A stretch of DNA of 64,000 nucleotides from Deltaproteobacteria bacterium (GTDB taxonomy: Bacteria; Myxococcota_A; Polyangia; GCA-2747355). The position numbers were made by a program, and so were the translations under genes. The stretch is taken from positions 582,723-646,722 of the forward strand of contig JACKDQ010000001.1 in NCBI GenBank assembly GCA_020633415.1. The letters are read 5' to 3'. Positions 48,536 through 58,097 of this stretch are shown in pieces. Positions within the stretch are counted from its first letter, which is position 1, and each line of letters begins with the position of its first letter. Below the pieces are notes generated by a model. That model made no database searches. It saw only the letters and a list, made by a program, of their open reading frames with translations, and was not told the origin of the DNA.

Positions 48536-49279
48536 CTATTTCTTGGGGTGGCGTTTTGTCTTGCGACGCGAGGCAAGTTCCTCGAGTGCGGCTTGGTAAA
48601 GCGCTTCAAGCTCGCTGGTCGCGGTGTTGCTGACGACGTTCTCGGGGATTGCGCGTGCCGCCCGTGCCGGTGTGTGGCGCGGCGCGCGGCTGGTGACCGA
48701 TCGATGTGGCCCGGTGGTTGTGCGCCCCGCGTCGATCTGTTGCCGTCTCGCATCGGCCAGCGTGCGCGATAGATCGGGTTCGGTGTCGCGACCCACGCCG
48801 ATTTGCGGGTCGCTATCAGCTCCAACGCGCTGACCGATTGCCGGTGCCGGGCTGGCTGGTCGCCGTGCGACGGTGCGCACGGCCGGCGGTTGCGCCTGCG
48901 CTTGGGCACCCAACTGATCGCCATGGGTCTTTTTGTGTAGCGCTGCCCAACGAACGTAGGTGCGAATCAGCGTTTCGCTGTGACCGGGGATTTCGTGGAA
49001 GCGAACGGCGACCGCGTAGCGCCGACCAAACGCGCCATCGTGTGTGGAAAATGCGTCGAGGTCTAGCACTTCATTGGTATGGGGTAGCTCGAGATTCAGA
49101 CGCAAGAACGTGTTCGGTGGGATCTCGACCGGAGGAAAGATCAGCATCCCGGTCCCTGACAAATTGGCGACCTGGCAGACGAAGTGCTCGCTGCCCATAA
49201 ACACCAGCACCTGGGCGGCGTGGGGCACACTGGTGGTCTTTTGCTGATCCAACAGCTTGAGTATACGGGGGAGCCGCAC
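48536..49279 (-). CDS. PilZ-domain protein
   Basis: LSGTGML (D/NxSxxG-type) in the N-terminal ~110 aa. The C-terminal half is low-complexity. Confidence 0.5.
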   Translation of the reverse strand: MRLPRILKLLDQQKTTSVPHAAQVLVFMGSEHFVCQVANLSGTGMLIFPPVEIPPNTFLRLNLELPHTNEVLDLDAFSTHDGAFGRRYAVAVRFHEIPGHSETLIRTYVRWAALHKKTHGDQLGAQAQAQPPAVRTVARRPASPAPAIGQRVGADSDPQIGVGRDTEPDLSRTLADARRQQIDAGRTTTGPHRSVTSRAPRHTPARAARAIPENVVSNTATSELEALYQAALEELASRRKTKRHPKK

Positions 49280-49348
49280 CGATCCGACGTACGCCAGATT
49301 ACTCGTTTGGTTAAAGCGTTGGACAGCCCGAGAGCAGTGAACAAACGC

Positions 49349-49933
49349 TCATGATTCGAGCAGTTTGACCAGTTGGCGCAGCGCGCGGCCGCGGTGGCTG
49401 AGCTGATTTTTCAAGCTGGCTTCGGCTTCGGCGAAGGTGCAGCCGAGCTCTGGGACGAAAAACAGTGGATCGTAGCCAAAGCCACCGGTGCCGGCGGGGG
49501 CTTCGAGGATCTGTCCGCGGCACTCGTCCTCAACCACTACGTGGCGACCGTCGGGGTAGACCAGGGCGATCGCACAGACGAATCGCGCGCCGCGCTCGAC
49601 CTCACCAAGCTCAGCCAACTCGCCGAGCAGCTTTTCATTGCGCTGTTGGTCGGTGGCATTCGGACCGGCGTAGCGCGCTGAGTGCACGCCGGGGCGTCCG
49701 CCGAGCGCATCGACTTGCAGGCCACTGTCGTCGGCGATCGCTGGGTAGCCGGTTTGCTCGGCGGCGGCGCGTGCTTTCTTGAGCGCGTTTTCGGCGAAGC
49801 TGGTACCGTCTTCTTCGACTGGCGCTAGGCCGCCGACATCGTCACTGCTCAATAGTTCGATCGCGCTCTTGGCGAGCAGCTGCTTGAGCTCGCGAACCTT
49901 GTTGGCATTGGCGGTAGCGAACAGCAGCTTCAT
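49349..49933 (-). CDS. rdgB: Non-canonical purine NTP pyrophosphatase (RdgB/HAM1)
   Basis: [20 protein letters not shown] and FGYDPLF motifs. Overlaps rph by 4 bp. Confidence 0.9.
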   Translation of the reverse strand: MKLLFATANANKVRELKQLLAKSAIELLSSDDVGGLAPVEEDGTSFAENALKKARAAAEQTGYPAIADDSGLQVDALGGRPGVHSARYAGPNATDQQRNEKLLGELAELGEVERGARFVCAIALVYPDGRHVVVEDECRGQILEAPAGTGGFGYDPLFFVPELGCTFAEAEASLKNQLSHRGRALRQLVKLLES

Positions 49934-50631
49934 CGCTCGAGCGCTTGGCGCTGCAGCTTGCAGAGTTGGGAAACGCCCGCTGTGCCGAGGTCGAGCAACT
50001 CGAGCAGTTGTTCCCGCGAAAACGGCGCGCCTTCGGCTGCGCCTTGGACCTCGATCAGTTTCTCGTCGGCGGTCATCACTAGGTTCATGTCGACCTCGGC
50101 CTGACTATCCTCGCTGTAGGGAAGATCGAGTAGGCATTGCCCGTCTACGATGCCGACGCTTACCGCAGCAACCGGCGAGAGCAGCGGATCCTGTGTCAAC
50201 TGGCCGCGCTCGCGTAGTTTGTTGATCGCAAGCATCGCGGCAACGAAGCCGCCGGTGATCGACGCAACACGAGTACCGCCATCGGCGGCGATCACATCGC
50301 AGTCGATCGTCAACGTGCGCGGACCCAGCCGGTCCAAATTAAATGCCGCGCGCAGGGAGCGACCGATCAGCCGCTGGATTTCCGTTTCCCGACCACCGGT
50401 GCGGCGTCGTTTGCGCGGGCTGGTCGATCCCGGCAGCATGTTGTATTCGGCGGTCAGCCAGCCTCCGCCCGAGTCCAGGCGAAAGGGCGGTACGCTTTCG
50501 TCGATCGAGGCGGCGCAGAGCACCACGGTTTGTCCCCATTTGATCAAGGCCGAGCCATCGGCACTGGCCTGAAAACCGGTCTCGATCTCGATTGGTCGCA
50601 GTTGGTCGGTTGTTCGTCCGTCGCTTCGCAT
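49930..50631 (-). CDS. rph: Ribonuclease PH
   Basis: [20 protein letters not shown] and the [14 protein letters not shown] phosphate-binding region. Confidence 0.9.
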   Translation of the reverse strand: MRSDGRTTDQLRPIEIETGFQASADGSALIKWGQTVVLCAASIDESVPPFRLDSGGGWLTAEYNMLPGSTSPRKRRRTGGRETEIQRLIGRSLRAAFNLDRLGPRTLTIDCDVIAADGGTRVASITGGFVAAMLAINKLRERGQLTQDPLLSPVAAVSVGIVDGQCLLDLPYSEDSQAEVDMNLVMTADEKLIEVQGAAEGAPFSREQLLELLDLGTAGVSQLCKLQRQALER

Positions 50632-50662
50632 GGCCGTTGGCTACGACGAAGCATCGCGCCTG

Positions 50663-51442
50663 TCAATCGCCCAGCTTGGCGTAGCGCGCGATCCCCTTGG
50701 CCAGCGCGCCAGCAAGTGCTTCTTGGACCGCGGTGCTGGTCAGTTCAGCACCCTCGCGCAGATGGTCGATGAAGCCGAGCTCGACCAGCGCAGCAGGCAT
50801 TTGCAGGCCAAGCAAGACGTCGAACGGCGCCGACATCAAGCCGCGATCGGCGTCCGCTCCACGAGCGTCACGCAGTGCGCGGCGTAGTTCGCGTGCCAAT
50901 TGGATCGACGCCATCCGATGACCGCTTTGTCGGAGCTGATTGAGGATCTGCTGCGGCGCGCTATCGCTGAGTGGAGCAGCGACTTTGCCGTCGTTCTCGC
51001 GTAGCGCGAGTCGTGCGGCGTTTTGACCCGACGCCTGCTTGGCGAGCACGTAGACTTCGAAGCCGCGTTGAGAACGGCTCGGGCTGGCGTTTAGGTGAAT
51101 GCTGAGAAAGAGCGCTCGAGCAGCGCGCGAGCGTTTGAGCAATGAATTGGCAAGCCGAGTGCGTGCGGCGAGCGTCAGGTAGCGGTCGCTTTGGCGGGTC
51201 AGCACGACCCGCAGCTGGCGGCGTCGCGCAAGCTTTGCGGCGACCAATTGGGCGATCTTCAGCGAGAGCTGCTTTTCGTAGGCGCGGGTGTGTTTGCCGA
51301 TAGCGCCGTTGTTGCTGCCGCCGTGTCCTGGGTCGAGGATGACCAACAGCGGCCACGACCTGGCTGCAGCCGCTGGTTGCGTCCAGCCGTGAATCGGTAG
51401 CAGCGATAGCGCGATCAAAGCGATCGACAAGGGGAATCGCAT
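50663..51442 (-). CDS. N-acetylmuramoyl-L-alanine amidase (Amidase_3 family)
   Basis: Signal peptide and LVILDPGHGGSNNGAIG...EKQLSLKIAQ, typical of AmiA/B/C-type amidases. Confidence 0.8.
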   Translation of the reverse strand: MRFPLSIALIALSLLPIHGWTQPAAAARSWPLLVILDPGHGGSNNGAIGKHTRAYEKQLSLKIAQLVAAKLARRRQLRVVLTRQSDRYLTLAARTRLANSLLKRSRAARALFLSIHLNASPSRSQRGFEVYVLAKQASGQNAARLALRENDGKVAAPLSDSAPQQILNQLRQSGHRMASIQLARELRRALRDARGADADRGLMSAPFDVLLGLQMPAALVELGFIDHLREGAELTSTAVQEALAGALAKGIARYAKLGD

Positions 51443-51503
51443 AGCATCTCTTTTACGTCAGCCGCTTGAGGCGGTTTTCGCACCGGGCAAAGCTCGACCT
51501 GGC

Positions 51504-53120
51504 GTGGCGCTAGGTTTAAGATGCCACAGACGCGAAAAACTGAGTACTTTGTTCGACGAGATAGAACGACCATCTATGCTATCCGCTTTCCGCCGCCCAT
51601 CGCTGACGCTGATCCTGCTCTTCGGCGTGTCGCTGGAAATGCTGCTGCACCGCCTGGCGACCAATTTGGTTAGCAAGCGGTTCGTGCTAGCCGATCCGCT
51701 GACCCTTGGTGGCAACTTCGCCCATCACTTTGTCGCTGTGCTCGCGCTGGCGATGGCCGCCTGGGCGACCTTCGCGCTGATTCGCGAGCGCGAGACCTTT
51801 CCGCTCTACGGGCGTTTGGCGCTGTTGGTCTCGTCGGCGGTGTTCATTCCGTTGGCGACGATCGGCAGCTTCGTTCCTTTGGCGGCCTCACTGCGACCGC
51901 ACATCAACACTTCCTTCGCGCTGTTGCTCGTCGCTTTGGTCGTCGGGTTCGTCGCGCGGCCCGCGCCGCTGCGCGCTAAGGTCGGTGTGCTCTATCTCGT
52001 CACGCCGCTGTTTCTCCATTGTTATTGGCTGGCAGCCCAACAGATTCCCGGTCTCGGACCGATCGGTGACGCTGCCGGTCTGCCCAGTCGGCTATTCGAG
52101 GCTGGCGAGCATATGGTCGTCGTCGGCGCGTTTTCGGTGTTCTTGTTCTTCGCACCTCATCCGCGGTTGGTCGCGCTGACTCAGCCACTGCCACTCGCTC
52201 TCGGCTTGCTCGTCACCGGGACAGCGGCGGTGTTGATGATCAACGCTTACCCGCTCGCACATCAAGCGGCCTATCACGGTCTGGGGATCAATCTGCCGCC
52301 GTTTTCGTTGCAGGGGGCGATTCACCTGGTCGCGCTGTTCTTTTTCGTGGTGACCATCGTCGCTCTCGCACTGCGCCCGGGCTTGGCGCGCGCCACCGCA
52401 GCGGGACTAGCGCTGATCGGCGCTTCGGGGTTCCAGCTGACCCAACCGTATCAGTTTCTGGTTACCGCGATCGGCATCATCGTGCTGATGCGCGCGGCGA
52501 TGGCCGAGCAACAGGAAGTCCAGCTTCTGCGTCGTCAGGCCGAGGCCTCGACACCGTCAGAAGAACAGTTGAGCCGCTACCTCGAGCGGTGCGCGGATGC
52601 GTTGAGTCTTCAAGACGCTGATATCGTCGCCTTGGACAGCGCGTCGCAAAAGCTCGTGCACCTGCGGGCTGTCCGGCACGGGCAGGCCGTGATCGTCAGA
52701 CTCGCCGTCGGTGCAGGCACAATCGACGAGCTGGAGATCATCGTCGGTGAGCCGCCCAAAGATCATCCCGAAGCTAGCTTGCTACGCACGCGCGCGCGAC
52801 GCGGCAAGCGCATAGGCGGTTATCGCGGTCGCAAGAGCGAGTACGACCCTCATTTTGTGTTGCGGGATGGTGGCGAACGGATCAGCGAGCGGCTGACCGA
52901 TGCGGCGCTACGCAACCAACTGTTGCGGTCGATGCACGGGTTGTTGGCGATTTGGCCCGATGAAAGCGTCGTGTATTTGGCGCGACCGGTGGGTGATGGC
53001 TGGCCGGTTCCCTTGGCCGAGATCGCTTTCGACGCCGAAGGTGCGACCCTCGACGATCTCAAAGCGACGGTGGAGATGGTCTTGGCGGCTTATCAAGCGA
53101 CGCGAGCCGGCGAAGGTTAG
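51504..53120 (+). CDS. Polytopic membrane protein, hypothetical
   Basis: About 10 hydrophobic segments followed by a ~200-aa soluble C-terminal domain. The likely start is near 51576 (MLSAFRRPSL). Confidence 0.45.
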   Translation: MALGLRCHRREKLSTLFDEIERPSMLSAFRRPSLTLILLFGVSLEMLLHRLATNLVSKRFVLADPLTLGGNFAHHFVAVLALAMAAWATFALIRERETFPLYGRLALLVSSAVFIPLATIGSFVPLAASLRPHINTSFALLLVALVVGFVARPAPLRAKVGVLYLVTPLFLHCYWLAAQQIPGLGPIGDAAGLPSRLFEAGEHMVVVGAFSVFLFFAPHPRLVALTQPLPLALGLLVTGTAAVLMINAYPLAHQAAYHGLGINLPPFSLQGAIHLVALFFFVVTIVALALRPGLARATAAGLALIGASGFQLTQPYQFLVTAIGIIVLMRAAMAEQQEVQLLRRQAEASTPSEEQLSRYLERCADALSLQDADIVALDSASQKLVHLRAVRHGQAVIVRLAVGAGTIDELEIIVGEPPKDHPEASLLRTRARRGKRIGGYRGRKSEYDPHFVLRDGGERISERLTDAALRNQLLRSMHGLLAIWPDESVVYLARPVGDGWPVPLAEIAFDAEGATLDDLKATVEMVLAAYQATRAGEG

Positions 53121-53179
53121 CAGCGTTGTTTGGCAATCGCCGTGGCTGCCGAAGTCTGCTGCTGCCTTTGCGCTAGCGG

Positions 53180-55297
53180 CTATTGATGGCCGAGCGCCCT
53201 TTCGTAGAAGTTGCCTTGGACCGACGGTACGCTGGGCTGGCCTTGGGCGCCACCTTGTTGGTTGGTCTGGTAGACGACGTTGAGCAGGTTGATCGCCTGG
53301 CGGGCACTGGCCGGTACCGTCGAGTAGCGCATGTGTCTGAGCTCGGCGCGCGAGAGGAATACCCGCTTGCCGGCGAGCTGGGCTACCGGGGTGAGTAGCG
53401 CGTCGGCAACCGGGGCGATCTGGTCGTAGGTCGGGATTAGCAGCGCTTCTTTGGCCATGTTGCCGAGGAAACGGCCGACGTTGCGCGCCAGACGGCTCGG
53501 ACTGAAGCGTTTACCCCGCGCCGCGCGCTCGACTTGGCTCGCCAGACTGAGCAGCTGGCCATCTTTGCCGGTATTGCCGAGCATCGAGTTGGCCTGCTGG
53601 GCGATCGCGAGCAAGGCCTGCGCCTCGTTGAGCGTTAGCTGGGCGATTTGCTCAGCGCGCTTCGGCTGGTCGAGAATAAAGCGGATCGTCTTTTTAGCGA
53701 TCGTGATGCGATTGCGTACCGCCTGCTCCAATTGGCGCTGCTGCCTGGCCTGGGGAATGCCCTTGTACTCGACGCCGAGCGCCTGAGCCATCTCCTGCTC
53801 TTTGGCGTTGATGTGGAATTGGTAGTGGGCAACTTCGTTGACCATTCCGGAGGCGACGGCCTTGTTGACGCTCTTTTCCATCTCGGCCAAGGCTTTTTGG
53901 CCCCACTTCTTGTAGACGGCTTGGGCGCGGTTCAGCTCACGGCCCTGCAAAGTTGAGTTCAGTGCCGCACGTTCACGCAGCATCAGCCGCGCCATCTGCG
54001 CGCCGACCGGACCTTGTCGGCCCAAGTTGACCATCGCTTTGTAGTACATCGCCTCGAGCGGATTGGTCGGATTGTTGCGCATGCGACGGAAGAGATTGCC
54101 TAACTTGGTGTTGCCGCTGCCGACGTCGCCGAGGATTTGTGCGCCGAGCACGAAGTCACTCTGATCGCGGTCTTTCTGCGCGGTCGCGATGTCGGTGGAG
54201 AGCTTGTCGACGTCCAGTTTGCGTTGCTCGACGTAGGTCTGGGTCTCGGCGAAGTCTTTGTCGGCGGGCTTGAGCTTTTTAAGGTCCGCTTGGGCACCAG
54301 CGAGGTCCTCTTGTGCCGCTGCCAAGCTGCCTTTGAGCGCTTCAATGCGCTCGGCGGCAGCGATCGGCTCGCCGCGCTCGAGGGATTGACCGGCCAGTGC
54401 TTTGGCGCGTTTGCGCAAGATCAGTTTGGCGCGGTAGCGCAGGGCGAGTTTGCGAATGCCGCGCAGCACGCGGCTTTTGGTGTTGATGGTCGTCTGGTCG
54501 ATCTCAGCGTAGATCTCGCGGGCGTTTGTTAGGTCGCCGTTGGCCAGCGCGTGGCGCAAGCGGGCGATCGGCCGGCTACGCAGCCAAGCGCGCACTGCTC
54601 GAAACGGCGTACCTGCGCGGTTGATGATGCGACGCACGAGGCTATCGGGGCGGATCTTGACGCCGGCGCCACCGGCTCCCGGACCTGGGCCGTCGCCGAG
54701 GTCTTTGCTGATGTCGGAAAGCGAGACGGAGCTGGCCGCGGCTTCGGCCTTGGCCAACTCGACGTCGGCCTTGCGCTGCAATTTGCGCCCCAAACGGAAG
54801 GCCTTGGTTGCCGCGCGACGCGAGCGGTTGGCGCCGCGGGTGTCGCCCTTTTTGGTCAGGCGGTCGGCCCGCTTCATCGCCGCGTCGGCGATCTGGAACT
54901 GTCCACCGGCCTCGCTGGCCAGTCGGCCGGCCTCGCTGAAGCCTTTGACCCCGGGATGTCGCGCCTGGCCCTCGCTGGCCGCTTTGATGATCGCCTTATT
55001 ACCGGTGCTGCGTTGGTCCAGATAACTCTTGGCGTACTTGGACTGGGTCTGGTTGATCTTGGCCTGCTGGGCCCGTCTATTGAAGCCGCGCTTGCCACTG
55101 TTGTCTCGCAAGGATTGGCGCAGTCCAACAAGCTGTTGGCCGAATGTGCGCTTGACGTTCTTGCCGATCTCACGGGCTTTCTGCTTGTAAAAGGCCGGAC
55201 TCTTGCCAAGGCCGCCGCCGGCGAGGGCCGGGCTGCAAAGCGCAGTGGTGATCAGCAAAGCAAAACAAAGGCTGGTTAGGCGGCTGGGTCGGTTCAT
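53180..55297 (-). CDS. Large secreted coiled-coil protein, hypothetical
   Basis: Signal peptide MNRPSRLTSLCFALLITTALCSPALA, then ~650 aa that are Ala/Lys/Arg/Gln-rich and heptad-like. Confidence 0.45.
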   Translation of the reverse strand: MNRPSRLTSLCFALLITTALCSPALAGGGLGKSPAFYKQKAREIGKNVKRTFGQQLVGLRQSLRDNSGKRGFNRRAQQAKINQTQSKYAKSYLDQRSTGNKAIIKAASEGQARHPGVKGFSEAGRLASEAGGQFQIADAAMKRADRLTKKGDTRGANRSRRAATKAFRLGRKLQRKADVELAKAEAAASSVSLSDISKDLGDGPGPGAGGAGVKIRPDSLVRRIINRAGTPFRAVRAWLRSRPIARLRHALANGDLTNAREIYAEIDQTTINTKSRVLRGIRKLALRYRAKLILRKRAKALAGQSLERGEPIAAAERIEALKGSLAAAQEDLAGAQADLKKLKPADKDFAETQTYVEQRKLDVDKLSTDIATAQKDRDQSDFVLGAQILGDVGSGNTKLGNLFRRMRNNPTNPLEAMYYKAMVNLGRQGPVGAQMARLMLRERAALNSTLQGRELNRAQAVYKKWGQKALAEMEKSVNKAVASGMVNEVAHYQFHINAKEQEMAQALGVEYKGIPQARQQRQLEQAVRNRITIAKKTIRFILDQPKRAEQIAQLTLNEAQALLAIAQQANSMLGNTGKDGQLLSLASQVERAARGKRFSPSRLARNVGRFLGNMAKEALLIPTYDQIAPVADALLTPVAQLAGKRVFLSRAELRHMRYSTVPASARQAINLLNVVYQTNQQGGAQGQPSVPSVQGNFYERALGHQ

Positions 55298-55551
55298 TAG
55301 ATGCACTCCACGAGACAGCGGGATTATGAGCAAGCCGTATGCCATAAATCGAGTAGTTTCCACCCTGTGTTTTCAAATAGTTGCCGTCGCTGTGCAGCGC
55401 ACTTGCCGGCTACTGGACTAGCGCAGAATCCAGTCGGTCTTGACCGTCAGGTTAAGACCAGCCTGATCGGGACGCGCAGATGGCGGCGAGTTGGGCCGAG
55501 GCAGGTGGGCCGAGCCGACGGCGGGGCAGCGCGAGCGGAGGTAAGCCCCAG

Positions 55552-55666
55552 CACCGCGGGCCGGCCCGGTCCGACGGTCAGCGTTAGCGGTCGCCGGACT
55601 TGACCTACTTGAGCTGGGTGCCGAACCAGCCGCTGGTCAGTGCATCGATGTTGGCGGTGATCTCGC
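55552..55666. repeat. 115-bp direct repeat, copy A (duplicate of the 3' end of gene 57444..58097)
   Basis: Matches 57412-57526 with 2 mismatches. Contains the palindrome cgggccggcccg. Copy A then continues into ~30 bp resembling 58265-58297. Confidence 0.85.
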
Positions 55667-55781
55667 GACGCAGCCAAGCCAGGTGGAGCTATGGGACCGC
55701 CTCACATCTCGGTCGTTTGGGCGTCCGTTTTGCTCGAGCGCGCTATCTTGATAAGCTGCCTGTTTCCCGGGGAGCGAACGC

Positions 55782-57410
55782 ATGGCCGATACGCCGAGAA
55801 AGGGGCGCGTGGCAAAGAAAACGCCGCGTGCCAAAACCCGACGGGTAAAGCGCAAGCAACCGCTGGCGCTCAAGGACTTCGAACGCCAGCTGACGGTGCG
55901 CAATTTGCGCATGGAGGATTTCCCTGCCCTGATCGAAATGCAGCTCCTGAGTTTTCCCACAATGAAGCCCTGGAGTGAGGAGCAGATTCGCAGTCAGCTG
56001 GCGATCTTTCCGCAAGGTCAATTTTGTATCGAAATTGCCGGCCGCATTGTCGGCTCGGCGAGTAGCCTGATCGTCGACTTCGCCCAGTATTCAGCCTGGC
56101 ACGACTGGAAGGAGATCGCAGACAGCGGCTTTATCCGCAACCACGATCCCGAAGGGGACACGCTCTACGGTATCGAGATCATGGTGCACCCGGAGTTTCG
56201 CGGCATGAAACTCAGTCGACGGCTCTACCAAGCGCGCAAAGAGCTGGTGCGTCAGCTGAACCTTCAGCGGATCATCATCGCGGGGCGCATCCCCGGCTAC
56301 CATCTCCATGCCGAAAACATGACAGCGCGCGAGTACACCGAGTACGTCGTCTACAAAGATCTCTTTGACCCCGTGCTTACGCCGCAACTCTCCAACGGCT
56401 TTGTCCTGCGCGGATTGATTCCAAACTATCTCGTCGCTGATCAGGAGTCCAAAGGCTACGCCACGCACCTCTCTTGGACCAATGTCGACCACGTACCCAA
56501 AGGACCCAAGCGCCTGACGACGGTCTCGACGGTGCGCGTCTGCTCGGTGCAGTGGCAGATGCGGCGCATTTCGTCCTTCGATGATTTTGCCACTCAAGCG
56601 GAGTTTTACGTCGACGTCGCGTCCGATTACCGCTCCGACTTCGTGCTCTTTCCCGAGTTGTTCACCCTCGAGCTGCTCTCGCTGATCGAAGCCCATGGGC
56701 CCGGACACGCAGCCCGCGCTCTTTGCGATTTCACGCCGCAGTATCTCAATCTCTTTCGCGACCTAGCGCTGCGCTATCACGTCAATATCATCGGTGGCTC
56801 GCAGTTTACGCTCGAGGACGATGAGCTGTTCAACATTGCCTATCTCTTCCGGCGCGATGGTACACTCGGCAAGCAGTACAAGATCCACGTTACGCCCAAC
56901 GAACGGCGCTGGTGGGGTATCAGCGCCGGCTCGTCGCAGGAGATCTTTGAGACCGACCGCGGCAAGATCGCGATTAACATTTGCTACGACGTCGAGTTCC
57001 CCGAGTTGGCCCGGTTTGCTGCAGCTAAGGGCGTTGGCCTACTCTTCGTGCCCTACAACACCGATGAGCAAAACGGTCACAATCGCGTGCGCTACTGTGC
57101 GCAGGCGCGCTGCATCGAAAACCACATGTACGTGGTTACGGCAGGCTGCGTGGGGAATTTGCCGTTTGTAGAGAATGCCGACATACACTACGCGCAGTCC
57201 GCCGTACTTTCACCTTGCGACATTCCCTTTAGTCGCAACGGCGTTGCTAGTAGTGCCAGTGCCAACATCGGTCAAGTGGTGATGCACGACGTCGATCTCG
57301 AGCTTGTTCGTCGTCACCGCCTCTCGGGTACTACCCAGAATTGGCGCGATCGCCGCACCGACCTATACCGCTGCGTCTTCAAGACGTCTGAGGGTGACGT
57401 AGAAGTTTGA
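55782..57410 (+). CDS. Bifunctional GNAT acetyltransferase / carbon-nitrogen hydrolase (nitrilase superfamily) protein
   Basis: N-terminal GNAT fold ([21 protein letters not shown]). The C-terminal CN-hydrolase has the catalytic triad region (FPELF...; [14 protein letters not shown]; catalytic Cys in NICYD). Confidence 0.75.
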   Translation: MADTPRKGRVAKKTPRAKTRRVKRKQPLALKDFERQLTVRNLRMEDFPALIEMQLLSFPTMKPWSEEQIRSQLAIFPQGQFCIEIAGRIVGSASSLIVDFAQYSAWHDWKEIADSGFIRNHDPEGDTLYGIEIMVHPEFRGMKLSRRLYQARKELVRQLNLQRIIIAGRIPGYHLHAENMTAREYTEYVVYKDLFDPVLTPQLSNGFVLRGLIPNYLVADQESKGYATHLSWTNVDHVPKGPKRLTTVSTVRVCSVQWQMRRISSFDDFATQAEFYVDVASDYRSDFVLFPELFTLELLSLIEAHGPGHAARALCDFTPQYLNLFRDLALRYHVNIIGGSQFTLEDDELFNIAYLFRRDGTLGKQYKIHVTPNERRWWGISAGSSQEIFETDRGKIAINICYDVEFPELARFAAAKGVGLLFVPYNTDEQNGHNRVRYCAQARCIENHMYVVTAGCVGNLPFVENADIHYAQSAVLSPCDIPFSRNGVASSASANIGQVVMHDVDLELVRRHRLSGTTQNWRDRRTDLYRCVFKTSEGDVEV

Positions 57411-57411
57411 T

Positions 57412-57526
57412 CACCGCGGGCCGGCCCGGTCCGACGGTCAGCGTTAGCGGTCGCCGGACTTGACCTTCTTGAGCTGGGTGCCGAACCAGCCGCCGGTCAG
57501 TGCATCGATGTTGGCGGTGATCTCGT
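57412..57526. repeat. 115-bp direct repeat, copy B (native 3' end of gene 57444..58097 and the convergent terminator region)
   Basis: See copy A. It starts 1 bp after the GNAT/CN-hydrolase stop. Confidence 0.85.
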
Positions 57527-58097
57527 CGAGACGAATCGACTCGGTGATCTGCTCACCGGGGTCCTGTGGCGGATTGAGCGCAAAGATCGTCAGCAGCCGG
57601 CGTCGCGTGAAATACAGCGAGGTGATCTCGCGCAGCAGACCTTCTTGCACACCGACCAACGACGAGACGTCGAGCGTTTCGGCGTTGAAGACCAGCCGGT
57701 CGAGGGACCAGTGGGCTTGCACGCCGACGCTGTAGCCGCTGTTCTTGGTGTCTTCGAAGTCTTTGCCCTCGCGAAAGCGCGGGTTTTCGAAGTAGATCAT
57801 GTCGATCAAACGCCGGTTGGCGGTGGCGCGGTTGTAATTGAAGTTGGCCTGGAGCTCGGGCATCAGCGCTTTCCATTCGGCGCCGTTGCGGTAGGTGTTG
57901 ACCCGCCCCGGGTCGACTTTGAAAAAGCGCAGCGCTGCCTGCTGAGCTTCTTGCACCGACGGCTCGTGCTCGAATTGTAGACGCAATTTGCGCAGCGCTG
58001 CGCGACTCGGTGGCTTGCGCTGAGGCTGAGGCTGAGGCTGCGCCCAGACCGGCAAGGCGATCAGCGTGATCAACAACGTGGTAATCCAAACTCTCAT
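57444..58097 (-). CDS. Secreted hypothetical protein with a C-terminal ALNPP...GGW module
   Basis: Signal peptide MRVWITTLLITLIALPVWA. The C-terminus FALNPPQDPGEQITESIRLDEITANIDALTGGWFGTQLKK is homologous to the C-terminus of the upstream BNR protein. Confidence 0.5.
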   Translation of the reverse strand: MRVWITTLLITLIALPVWAQPQPQPQRKPPSRAALRKLRLQFEHEPSVQEAQQAALRFFKVDPGRVNTYRNGAEWKALMPELQANFNYNRATANRRLIDMIYFENPRFREGKDFEDTKNSGYSVGVQAHWSLDRLVFNAETLDVSSLVGVQEGLLREITSLYFTRRRLLTIFALNPPQDPGEQITESIRLDEITANIDALTGGWFGTQLKKVKSGDR

